Assembly: GCA_964583985.1 (NCBI GenBank)
Contig: CAZOYD010000081.1
Coordinates: forward strand, 1 to 14,135
Direction: 5' to 3'
DNA: 14,135 nucleotides
Source of the DNA: an uncultured archaeon
GTDB lineage: Archaea; Asgardarchaeota; Lokiarchaeia; Sigyniarchaeales; SOKP01
Position 1 is the stretch's first letter; every line of letters begins with the position of its first letter. The position numbers were made by a program, and so were the translations under genes. Shown one piece after another: positions 1-8,607 of this stretch. The notes under the pieces are model-generated. The model was not told the origin of the DNA. It ran no database searches and was given only the letters and a program-made list of their open reading frames with translations.

Positions 1-3
1 TCG

Positions 4-1503
4 ATGAAGGATGATAAACCTTTAGAACATTGTGCTGTTTTTGGAGTTACTTGCGATGATATTGGCTATTCAATTGCTAAACAATTATATTTAGGGCTTA
101 TTGCTCAACAACATCGTGGTCAAGAATCCACAGGAATATCAGTATTAAACCCAGGGGGTCATATATACACCTATAAGAGAAAAGGGCTCGTGTCAAAAGT
201 TTTAAACGATAAAATGTTATCTAAATTCTGGGGGAATGTGGGAATTGGTCATAATCGTTATGCAACCACGGGATCTCAAGAATTCAGTTCAAGAGATTAT
301 ATGCAACCTTTTCACTTTAAAAATAATGAAATTGAGTTCTCATTGGCGTTTAATGGAACGATTCCAAATTATGCCGATTTGAAGCAAAAACTTGAGGATA
401 TGGGTCGAGTATTCATCACTAATACAGATACAGAAGTCATAGCTCAACTCATTGCTTCTTTAGCAATTGGAACCGATGATTGGCCTGAAATCTTAAGAAT
501 GGCTAGTAATTTTCTGGATGGTTCATATTCTTTAGTATTACTTACATCTCAAGGAGATATTTATGCAATTCGAGATCCTTTAGGTTTTAAACCTCTTTGC
601 ATTGGTGAATTGAAAACTGCTAAAAGAAACCTTTATTTTGTTTCCTCAGAATCTTGTGGTTTAGATGTGGTTGGAGCCAAGTTCATAAGAGACGTGAAAC
701 CCGGAGAAATCGTTCATTTAAGTCATCAAAAAGAAATTCATTCTGAAATGGTTATAAAGGCAGATAGAACTGCATTATGTCAATTTGAATTTGTATATTT
801 TGCACGTCCAGATTCAGTTATAGATGGAGTGTCAGTTGCTGAAGCAAGGGTAAGATTGGGCATGTATTTAGCAAGAAATGATGATTTATTGAAAGATCCC
901 GATTTTCGAAAAGATGCAATAGTCGTTCCTGTACCTGATTCTGGTAGAAGTGTGGCAGTAGGGTATGCTAATGAGGCTCAACTACCTTATATCGAAGGAC
1001 TAATGAAAAATCGCTATGTTTGGCGGACATTCATAATGCCTGGGCAAAAGAAAAGAGAATCTGCTGTGAAAGAAAAGTTAAATCCGATAAAGAGCTTTAT
1101 TAAGGATAAAAATGTCATAATTTTGGACGATTCGATAGTCCGAGGGACAACGACTGCACAAATAATTAATTTAATTAGGGAGGCGGGTGCAAAATCAGTA
1201 AATGTTAGAATAAGTTGCCCTCCTGTTATTCGTCCTTGTTACATGGGAATTGATTTTCCTACAACATCCGAGCTGATTGCTGGGAGATATAAAGAATTGT
1301 ATGGTGATAACTTTATTGAAGAGATTAGAAAAAAAATCGGTGCTGATACCCTGCAGTACCAAAAAATTGAAGACCTATTGAAAGCAATTAATAAAAATGA
1401 GAACCAATTATGCCTTGCTTGCCTTACGGGAAAGTACCCCTTAAAATCTGTGGAAAAGATAATTGAACTAGAGAGATCTATTACGATGGACCGAAAATCT
1501 TAA
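4..1503 (+). CDS. purF: Amidophosphoribosyltransferase (glutamine PRPP amidotransferase), canonical Fe-S/propeptide type
   Basis: Short propeptide then the Ntn nucleophile (MKDDKPLEH-CAVFG); QHRGQES, GHNRYAT, FNG and TDTE glutaminase motifs; RDPLGFKPL; PVPDSG; PRPP loop IILDDSIVRGTT; 4Fe-4S ligands CQFE, SCPP and CLAC. The start sits at the window edge. Confidence 0.97.
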   Translation: MKDDKPLEHCAVFGVTCDDIGYSIAKQLYLGLIAQQHRGQESTGISVLNPGGHIYTYKRKGLVSKVLNDKMLSKFWGNVGIGHNRYATTGSQEFSSRDYMQPFHFKNNEIEFSLAFNGTIPNYADLKQKLEDMGRVFITNTDTEVIAQLIASLAIGTDDWPEILRMASNFLDGSYSLVLLTSQGDIYAIRDPLGFKPLCIGELKTAKRNLYFVSSESCGLDVVGAKFIRDVKPGEIVHLSHQKEIHSEMVIKADRTALCQFEFVYFARPDSVIDGVSVAEARVRLGMYLARNDDLLKDPDFRKDAIVVPVPDSGRSVAVGYANEAQLPYIEGLMKNRYVWRTFIMPGQKKRESAVKEKLNPIKSFIKDKNVIILDDSIVRGTTTAQIINLIREAGAKSVNVRISCPPVIRPCYMGIDFPTTSELIAGRYKELYGDNFIEEIRKKIGADTLQYQKIEDLLKAINKNENQLCLACLTGKYPLKSVEKIIELERSITMDRKS

Positions 1504-1525
1504 GTTATTCATAGATGCAATAATT

Positions 1526-2926
1526 TTATTCTACACCATCCCAGCAATAGGTACAAAGCTTTTCTTTAGGCAAACCGATTGCTTTTACTAAATCTTCAAG
1601 ACGTTGGTATCGAAGAGATGTTAAATGGAGTCTTTTTCTGATAACATTAACCATATCTCTATAATTATCAGAATCGGGATTAACGTATTCTTTTGGATCT
1701 TTAATGTTTTCACCAATTAACTCTTTTATCGCCCATCTTCCTGCTAAATCTAACTCTGATTTAGACCGCGAAAAATTCAAAAATTTACATCCGTACACAA
1801 GAGGCGGACAAGCTGGTCGCATGTGAACTTCTTTAGCCCCATAATCAAAAAGTCTTTCAACAGTTTTTCTCAGTTGAGTCCCTCGTACAATAGAATCTTC
1901 ACAAAATAGCAATCGATTATCGTTAATTTGTTCTTTTATTGGTATAAGTTTCATTCTTGCGACTTCGTCTCGTACTGTTTGATCTTGGGGCATGAACGAG
2001 CGAGGCCAGGTAGGAGTGTATTTAACAAAAGGGCGGGAATAAGGAGCATTAACTTGATTTGCATATCCTAAACCGTGAGCGGTCCCTGAATCGGGGATTC
2101 CAGCGACTAAATCAATATCCACATCATCATTTTGAGCTAAATATGAACCACATTTATAACGAACGTGTTCAACATTAATTCCCTCATAAGAGGATGCAGG
2201 ATATCCGTAATAAACCCAGAGAAAGCTACATATTTGAAGTCTTTCTTTTGGTGCAACTTTTTGCTCCACGCCATTTTTCCCTATAAAAACTACTTCTCCA
2301 GGACCAAGATCTCTTTCCACTTCATATCCAAGATTAGGAAATGCACAAGTTTCCATTGTCACGGCAATATTTCCTACTTTCTTTCCAATAATAAGTGGAG
2401 TTCGACCATATTTATCTCTAGCAGCATATATTCCGTCGTTTGTTAAAATTAATAAAGTGCAAGAACCTTCTATTAGATCTTGCACTTTTAGAATTCCCTC
2501 TTCGAAACTGCTTCCTTGGCTTATCAACGTTGCGACCATTTCTGTTGGATTTATTTCGCCACCATGCATTTCTGAAAAATGAGATCCATTCCTTAAAGTT
2601 TCCTTCGCTAACTCTTCAAGATTATTAATCCTCCCGACAGTGCATATTGCAAACGCGCCTAAATGGGATTTGATAATTAGAGGTTGGTCATCAAAATCGC
2701 TAATCACGCCTATGCCTTTATTCCCATGTAATTTCGCTAACTCTTTTTTAAATTTCGATCGAAATTGAGATGTCGTTATATCTTTAATAAACCGTTGATA
2801 TCCCCCAGAATTTTTTACTGCAAGACCACCGCGAACAGTCCCAAGGTGTGAATGATAATCAACTCCGAAAAATAAATCATTTACACAATCGTTGTTTTCC
2901 GAAAAAACTCCAAAAAGCCCACCCAT
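1526..2926 (-). CDS. purF: Amidophosphoribosyltransferase-like paralog lacking the catalytic N-terminal Cys (probably glutaminase-inactive)
   Basis: Collinear with PurF: RDKYGRTPL, CSFLWVYY, GIPDSG, RSFMP, CEDSIVRGT, ACPP, CTYC. It starts MGGLFG, and an in-frame TAA lies 9 codons upstream, so there is no propeptide or Cys. Confidence 0.88.
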   Translation of the reverse strand: MGGLFGVFSENNDCVNDLFFGVDYHSHLGTVRGGLAVKNSGGYQRFIKDITTSQFRSKFKKELAKLHGNKGIGVISDFDDQPLIIKSHLGAFAICTVGRINNLEELAKETLRNGSHFSEMHGGEINPTEMVATLISQGSSFEEGILKVQDLIEGSCTLLILTNDGIYAARDKYGRTPLIIGKKVGNIAVTMETCAFPNLGYEVERDLGPGEVVFIGKNGVEQKVAPKERLQICSFLWVYYGYPASSYEGINVEHVRYKCGSYLAQNDDVDIDLVAGIPDSGTAHGLGYANQVNAPYSRPFVKYTPTWPRSFMPQDQTVRDEVARMKLIPIKEQINDNRLLFCEDSIVRGTQLRKTVERLFDYGAKEVHMRPACPPLVYGCKFLNFSRSKSELDLAGRWAIKELIGENIKDPKEYVNPDSDNYRDMVNVIRKRLHLTSLRYQRLEDLVKAIGLPKEKLCTYCWDGVE

Positions 2927-3033
2927 ACTTTTCTTTACGGAGGAGAATTTTTAAATTAAATTATTAATCTGATAAGATAAAAAAGGTAGTCACATTGAAC
3001 AAGAAATAAGTATTAGCATTTAAAATATAGCTT

Positions 3034-5424
3034 TTAATGATCTTGCTTGAAATATCCGCCAACTAATTGACCAATGCTAATACCCGCATCTCCTGGAGGA
3101 ATAATCTCGTGTTCTAAAAAGATATATCCTTCTTTTATAATTGTATCTTTAACATTCTGTGAAAACAGCTTATTATAAGCTACTCCTCCAGTTAATCCAA
3201 TCTTATTCATTCCTTCACATTTTGCTATTTTCAAGGCGACATTGGCAAAAGTTTTTCCTAATTCTTTATGAAATGCTGCAGCGATATCCTCAGGTTTATT
3301 CTTTTTTTCTCCTAACAATTCTATAACATTAAAAATTAAGCTTGAACTATCTAATATATGCTGTCCATTTTTTTTTCCAATTTTAATGGAAAGTTTAATT
3401 TCATTAGGATTTCCTCGTGAAGCTAAACCTTCTAAACGCATTGCAGGTTCTCCTCTATAAGTTTTTAAGTTACAAGCATTTAATAAATAAGAAACGACAT
3501 CAAAAATCCTTCCGGTGGAACTCGAGAGAGGTAGATTTTGGAATTCATTGCCTACTTTACTTTTTTCAAATTGGGTTATCATGGCATTTAATTCTTCTGA
3601 TCCATATTCTAAATCTTTCGATATATTCATTATATTGAAAATTCTTCTTGATTCTTCAATAGAATAAGAGTTCAAAACAATTGAAGCAAGCATTCGAGCC
3701 GGGAATTTAGTACATCGATCTCCTCCGATCATTGGTTGGTACATCAAATGAGCTTTGCGAGAAAAATCATGATAAGAACAAGAAAGTATTTCTCCTCCCC
3801 AAACATGCCCATCCAACCCATATCCTACGCCATCAGTACAAATTCCAACAATCTTCTCATCATTAGATACTTTTTTTTCTGCCATTAACGATAATACATG
3901 GGCATAATGATGCTGTATCGGATGGCATTTTACACCAAAGTGAAGAGCTAATTCTTTTGCGAGTTTTGTTGTCGTAAATAAGGGATGCGCATCACAGGCA
4001 ATGAACTTTAATTCTTCATCTTTAATTTGAAGTAGATCCTTAACATGAAATAATGCATTTCGCAAGAAATTATGAGTCTCAAGATTAATGACATGACCAA
4101 TATGTTGGGTTGGAAAAATACGATTTCGGCGTAAAATTGCTCCTGTGACAGATAACTCTGGTCCTGTGGCGATAGCTGCTGGTATATTCACATCAAATGG
4201 TAATGGGATATATTCTGGGACGTACCCCCGTGAACGTCTTATTAGTTTTATTATATCTTCGTGAACCCTTAAAACACTATCATCTGCTCTCTGGTATATT
4301 GGTCTATCATGTAATAAGAAAGAATCCGCAAGATGCTCAAGATCTTTAAATATTTCTTCATTTTCAATAGCCATGGGTAAGCTCGATTTGTTTCCACTTG
4401 TATAAACTAACGATTGCTGTTTTAAATAATCAAAAAGAAGATAATGGATTCCAGAATAAGGGAGCATGAATCCAACATTATTTAAACCGGGAGAAATGTA
4501 GTTACTCAAAAGTGGGTCATTTTTTTTCTTTCTTTCTAATAAGACTATTGGTCTCCTAAAAGATGTTAAAATATCTCTTTCGTAATCTGTTATCTCGTAA
4601 TAATCCTTGATCATCTCCAGATTTGGAACCATTATGGCAAACGGTTTATTTTTACGCTTTCCTTTCCTCTTCCGAAGTTTTAGAATAACTTCATCATCAT
4701 TTGCTAAACAAACTAGATGCACGCCCCCAATTCCTTTAACAGCTAAAATTTGACCTTCTTTTAGGAATTTAACTGATGTTTCTAATAATTCAGCAATTGA
4801 ATTTGTCTGTATTTGTTCATGTGAATTGTCATATAATTGATAACTAGGACCACAAACCGAGCAAGCAAATGTCTGGGCATGAAATCTTCTATTGTTATAA
4901 TCGGAATATTCTTTTCTACAAGATTCTGGTACTGCTGACGTGCAGAAAGGAAATATGGTCATTGTGGTTCTTTCTCTATCATATGGTAAAGCTTTTACCG
5001 TGGTATATCGTGGACCGCAAACCGCACACGCAATGAAAGGATAATTATAATATTTGGGTAAGTTGAGATTTCTCATGTCTTTAAGGCAATCTTCACAAAT
5101 TGCAATATCTGGGGGTAATGTTAAGCTAATTCCCCTGCCTTCTTCGCTTTTCCCGATGGTGAAATCTGTATATATTTCTTCAGATTCAATTTCTTCAACA
5201 AGTAAATTCTCAATATAAGCGATATTTGGTTTTTCTTTCTCAATTGCTCTTAGAAATGATTTTAATTCACTTGGATCGCATTGTAATTTTAACCTGACTC
5301 CCGCGTTTCCTCGATTCACAACTTGACCCTTTAAACCATATTTTTGAGCCAAATTATATAGAAAGGGGCGAAAACCAACTCCTTGAACAATTCCAGATAT
5401 ATCTAAATTATAAGTTTGCTTCAA
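3034..5424 (-). CDS. hypF: Hydrogenase maturation carbamoyltransferase HypF
   Basis: Acylphosphatase motif GIVQGVGFRP; Zn fingers (CEDC...CAVCGPRY; RRFHAQ..CSVCGP); YrdC-like KGIGGVHL, KPFAIM and TSGN; RRSRGYVP; Kae1-like HHYAH, DGVGYG, WGGE and PPGDAGISIGQ. TTG start. Confidence 0.97.
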   Translation of the reverse strand: MKQTYNLDISGIVQGVGFRPFLYNLAQKYGLKGQVVNRGNAGVRLKLQCDPSELKSFLRAIEKEKPNIAYIENLLVEEIESEEIYTDFTIGKSEEGRGISLTLPPDIAICEDCLKDMRNLNLPKYYNYPFIACAVCGPRYTTVKALPYDRERTTMTIFPFCTSAVPESCRKEYSDYNNRRFHAQTFACSVCGPSYQLYDNSHEQIQTNSIAELLETSVKFLKEGQILAVKGIGGVHLVCLANDDEVILKLRKRKGKRKNKPFAIMVPNLEMIKDYYEITDYERDILTSFRRPIVLLERKKKNDPLLSNYISPGLNNVGFMLPYSGIHYLLFDYLKQQSLVYTSGNKSSLPMAIENEEIFKDLEHLADSFLLHDRPIYQRADDSVLRVHEDIIKLIRRSRGYVPEYIPLPFDVNIPAAIATGPELSVTGAILRRNRIFPTQHIGHVINLETHNFLRNALFHVKDLLQIKDEELKFIACDAHPLFTTTKLAKELALHFGVKCHPIQHHYAHVLSLMAEKKVSNDEKIVGICTDGVGYGLDGHVWGGEILSCSYHDFSRKAHLMYQPMIGGDRCTKFPARMLASIVLNSYSIEESRRIFNIMNISKDLEYGSEELNAMITQFEKSKVGNEFQNLPLSSSTGRIFDVVSYLLNACNLKTYRGEPAMRLEGLASRGNPNEIKLSIKIGKKNGQHILDSSSLIFNVIELLGEKKNKPEDIAAAFHKELGKTFANVALKIAKCEGMNKIGLTGGVAYNKLFSQNVKDTIIKEGYIFLEHEIIPPGDAGISIGQLVGGYFKQDH

Positions 5425-5523
5425 TAGTCTGATTAAATGAAATTTAACTCTAAATTAAAAAAGACTCCTTATCAGATAAAATTTATAAATAATTACAATA
5501 AGAATGAAAGAAAATTTTGGAGA

Positions 5524-6669
5524 TCATAATGATTTATATAATGCCTCTATGAGCCTTTCACTTCGAGGATCACCAGTTAGGGTCGATACCATCTTGTTCA
5601 TAATATAACACAAGCTCATTTTTTCATCCAAGTCTACTGCTATTACTGAACCACCATATCCTCCCCAATAAAATAAGTTTGGATTCGGTCCAATAGGATT
5701 TTCTTTACTTTGAAGACCCCATCCTAACCCGAAACGAATCGGAACATTAAGGACTAAATCAGTGCAATAAGATTGTTCTTCAATCGATTTTTTTATGGTT
5801 TTCTCTGAAAGTAAATGAACACCATCAAGTTCACCCCCACAAGCTAATGCCGCTGTAATTCGTGATACAGATCTAGCATTTCCATGACCGTTAGCAGCGG
5901 GAATTTCGGCACTTCGCCAATCTCGAGTTTTTGTTATTTCAGCATCAATCAATGGATTTGTGAGACTTCTCATCGCAATTGATTTAGGATCTAGGGCTCC
6001 AAAAGTGCTGAGATCGATGGGAGGTGGAGGGATTAAATCAGCAACTCTATGATCGTGTTCCTCTGGCAGACCAATATAGAAATCTGCTCCAAGTGGTTTG
6101 GCAACTTCTTCTTGAAAAAAAGTTCCAACAGTTTTTTTCGTGACACGTTTAATTATTTCACCCAATAAATATCCAAAAGTAACTGTGTGATATCCACTCT
6201 TCGTTCCGGGTTCCCACCACGGTTTTTGAGCTGCTAAAAGTTCCACCATCAAATCCCAATTATACAATTTTTTCGTTCGTAAAATTTTATCCCAACCTGC
6301 TAATCCAGATGTATGACTAAGAAGATAGCGCACAGGTAGGTTTTCTTTTCCAGCTTGGGCAAATTCAGGCCAATATTTGGCAACCGGGGCATCTAAATCC
6401 AATAAGCCTCGATCAACAAGCATGTGAATGCATATTGATGCCATTACTTTCGTAGTGGAAAAGACATTAACAATTGTATCTTTCATCCATGGCTTAGTCC
6501 GATCAGCATTAGCATGACCACCCCATAGATCGATCACGTGTTTGCCATTAATAGTTACGGCAAATGAAGCCCCTACTTCCAAATTATCATCAAAATTAGA
6601 TTGAAATGCTTCTTTTACTGGTGTGAATCGATCTTCACAATAACCATCTATCTCTATTTTATTCTTCAT
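5524..6669 (-). CDS. Serine hydrolase, class C beta-lactamase / family VIII esterase family
   Basis: SxxK motif (FSTTK), LDLDAPVAKYWPEF, LLSHTSGL, WEPGTKSGYH catalytic Tyr region, and WGGYGG. Confidence 0.92.
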   Translation of the reverse strand: MKNKIEIDGYCEDRFTPVKEAFQSNFDDNLEVGASFAVTINGKHVIDLWGGHANADRTKPWMKDTIVNVFSTTKVMASICIHMLVDRGLLDLDAPVAKYWPEFAQAGKENLPVRYLLSHTSGLAGWDKILRTKKLYNWDLMVELLAAQKPWWEPGTKSGYHTVTFGYLLGEIIKRVTKKTVGTFFQEEVAKPLGADFYIGLPEEHDHRVADLIPPPPIDLSTFGALDPKSIAMRSLTNPLIDAEITKTRDWRSAEIPAANGHGNARSVSRITAALACGGELDGVHLLSEKTIKKSIEEQSYCTDLVLNVPIRFGLGWGLQSKENPIGPNPNLFYWGGYGGSVIAVDLDEKMSLCYIMNKMVSTLTGDPRSERLIEALYKSL

Positions 6670-6690
6670 AATTACTCTTTATCTAAGATG

Positions 6691-6698
6691 TTTATAAA
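6691..6698 (-). promoter_or_regulatory. Putative archaeal TATA box for the serine hydrolase gene
   Basis: TTTATAAA ends about 22 nt upstream of the ATG at 6669, consistent with a leaderless or short-leader transcript. Confidence 0.4.
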
Positions 6699-6740
6699 AT
6701 TATAAATTGATCCTTGTTTGCAATAAAATTGCTTTTTTAT

Positions 6741-7838
6741 TTAATGATATTTATAATATATACTACAAGTCCCTTCCATTGAAACCATGCAAGGACCGAT
6801 TGGATTGAGAGGTGTGCACTCCTTTCTAAAAAGCTTGCATTCATGTGGATAAAGTTTACCGACCATGACAAGATGACAAGAACAACCCGGTGGAATGTCT
6901 TGGGACTTCTTAATCTGTATGTCAAATTTCTTGTCAGCATCAAATTTTTCATATTTATCTCGTATTGCTAACCCTCCGTCAAGTATTCGACCAATTCCTC
7001 TCCAAGGACTCGATACAGAACGAAAGACCTCGTTCATTATTTCTTGAGCAACAATATTTCCTTCGGGTTTTACAACTCTTGAATATTCATTCAATGTTTC
7101 ATGTTTCTTGTATTTAATTTGCTGGAGTAGCATAAGAATACTTAATAAAACATCGTTTGGTTCAAACCCGGCAATCACATTCGGAACTTTGTAAGCATCT
7201 GAAAAAATTCTAAATGGTTGTAAACCGATAATTGTGGAAACATGACCTGGAGAAATAAACCCATCGATATTTAGTTGAGACTGACTGATTAAAAGTTCTA
7301 ATGCAGCAGGAATAAGCTTATATGCGCAAATGACTGAAAAATTCGAGGGAGGGCCATTCTTTATTTCATAACCAATTAAGGGAGCTGTAGTTTCAAAACC
7401 AATCGCAAAAAAAATGATTTCTTTTTTGGGATTTTCTTTTGCTATTTGAATTGCGTCGTGTGGACCATATACTATTCTTACATCAGCACCTTTAGCCTTT
7501 AACTCTGCTAACGAAATATTTGTTGCGGGAACGCGTATCATGTCTCCAAACGTTGTAATTATTGTGTTATCTCGCTTCCCAATTTCAATAGCCTTATCTA
7601 TGTCTGCAGCGGGACACACGCAGACAGGACATCCTGGACCCGAGAGTATTTCAAGTTTATTAGGTAAAAGTGTTCTCAACCCATACTTTGAAATAGTATG
7701 CTCGTGTGTACCGCATACGTGCATGATTTTAATCGGTTTATTTATATCCTTTGCAATTGTAACAATTGATTTAATGATTTTATTTGTAAATTCCTTGCTT
7801 CTTAAAATTTTAATTCCCGGAATATCCATAGAAGTCAT
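6741..7838 (-). CDS. hypD: Hydrogenase maturation protein HypD
   Basis: CGTHE, GPGCPVCVC, TFGDM, GFETT and PGHVS motifs, plus the C-terminal Cys cluster GCSC...C..F..C.P..P.GPCMVS.EG.C. Confidence 0.97.
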   Translation of the reverse strand: MTSMDIPGIKILRSKEFTNKIIKSIVTIAKDINKPIKIMHVCGTHEHTISKYGLRTLLPNKLEILSGPGCPVCVCPAADIDKAIEIGKRDNTIITTFGDMIRVPATNISLAELKAKGADVRIVYGPHDAIQIAKENPKKEIIFFAIGFETTAPLIGYEIKNGPPSNFSVICAYKLIPAALELLISQSQLNIDGFISPGHVSTIIGLQPFRIFSDAYKVPNVIAGFEPNDVLLSILMLLQQIKYKKHETLNEYSRVVKPEGNIVAQEIMNEVFRSVSSPWRGIGRILDGGLAIRDKYEKFDADKKFDIQIKKSQDIPPGCSCHLVMVGKLYPHECKLFRKECTPLNPIGPCMVSMEGTCSIYYKYH

Positions 7839-7972
7839 TCAATTTTTTTATTAATTGGTGTATTAAATCAAAAATAATTTAACACAGAGTGGCATATTAA
7901 ATTATTAGAATCAAATTTAAAATATTAAATTCAAATAAAAATATTCCTACTATATAAACTCGGCATATCATA

Positions 7973-8272
7973 ATGAATAGTAATCTGATATTAAATGAAG
8001 AGATCAAACAAAAAATAATTTCTATTCTTGTAAACCACGGTATTAAAAGAATTTTAGTTTTTGGATCATATGCTCGTAATGAAGCTACACCAGAAAGTGA
8101 TTTAGATTTAATTGTAGATTTCCCTGAGGGAACTAGTTTGTTAGATCATGTTGGTATCGAAATGGAGTTATCTGAAGCTTTGAATATGAACATTGATCTA
8201 TTATCTCGAAATGGGATAAGCCCTTATATTAAAGATAATGTATTAAACGAAGCAATTGTGATTTATGAATGA
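7973..8272 (+). CDS. Minimal nucleotidyltransferase (MNT/MntA) antitoxin
   Basis: 99 aa with FGSYAR-x6-SDLDLIV (GSx10DxD) and a later IDLL strand; ATGA overlap with the downstream HEPN gene. Confidence 0.92.
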   Translation: MNSNLILNEEIKQKIISILVNHGIKRILVFGSYARNEATPESDLDLIVDFPEGTSLLDHVGIEMELSEALNMNIDLLSRNGISPYIKDNVLNEAIVIYE

Positions 8273-8607
8273 ATGATAAAAACTCTTTCTTTTTAAATCA
8301 TATACTTGATTCATGTAAAAATATTATAGAATTTACAATTAATGTAGATTATCAAACTTTTATAAACAAACGTTTGCTCCAAAGTGCTGTAATAAGAGAG
8401 CTTGAAATAATTGGAGAAGCTGAAAAGAATCTTACTGATAGTATAAAAAAAGATTCCAAAGAGATACCTTGGAAAAAATTAACTGGAATGAGAGATATAT
8501 TAATCCACGGATATTTCACAGTAGATTTAAAAGAAGTATGGAATACTGTTAAGAAAGATATTTCTATACTTAAAATAGGAATTGAAAAGATATTAACGAA
8601 AAGTTAA
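8269..8607 (+). CDS. HEPN (DUF86/HepT-like) ribonuclease toxin
   Basis: 112 aa with AVIRELEIIGEA, IPW..L.GMRDILIHGY (Rx4HxY) and VD...VW motifs; coupled to the MNT gene. Confidence 0.92.
   Translation: MNDKNSFFLNHILDSCKNIIEFTINVDYQTFINKRLLQSAVIRELEIIGEAEKNLTDSIKKDSKEIPWKKLTGMRDILIHGYFTVDLKEVWNTVKKDISILKIGIEKILTKS

Noticed and set aside
2165-2628. + strand ORFs of 93 and 62 aa
   Set aside because: Antisense shadows of the purF-like gene with no recognisable motifs.
3417-3638. + strand 73-aa ORF
   Set aside because: Antisense inside hypF.
6737-7854. ORFs 6737-6952 (-) and 7540-7854 (+)
   Set aside because: Alternate-frame and antisense overlaps of well-supported hypD; neither resembles HypC.
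7914-7931. Palindrome AATTTAA-N4-TTAAATT upstream of the TA operon as an autoregulatory operator
   Set aside because: Composed only of A/T in a very AT-rich spacer, so not significant on its own.
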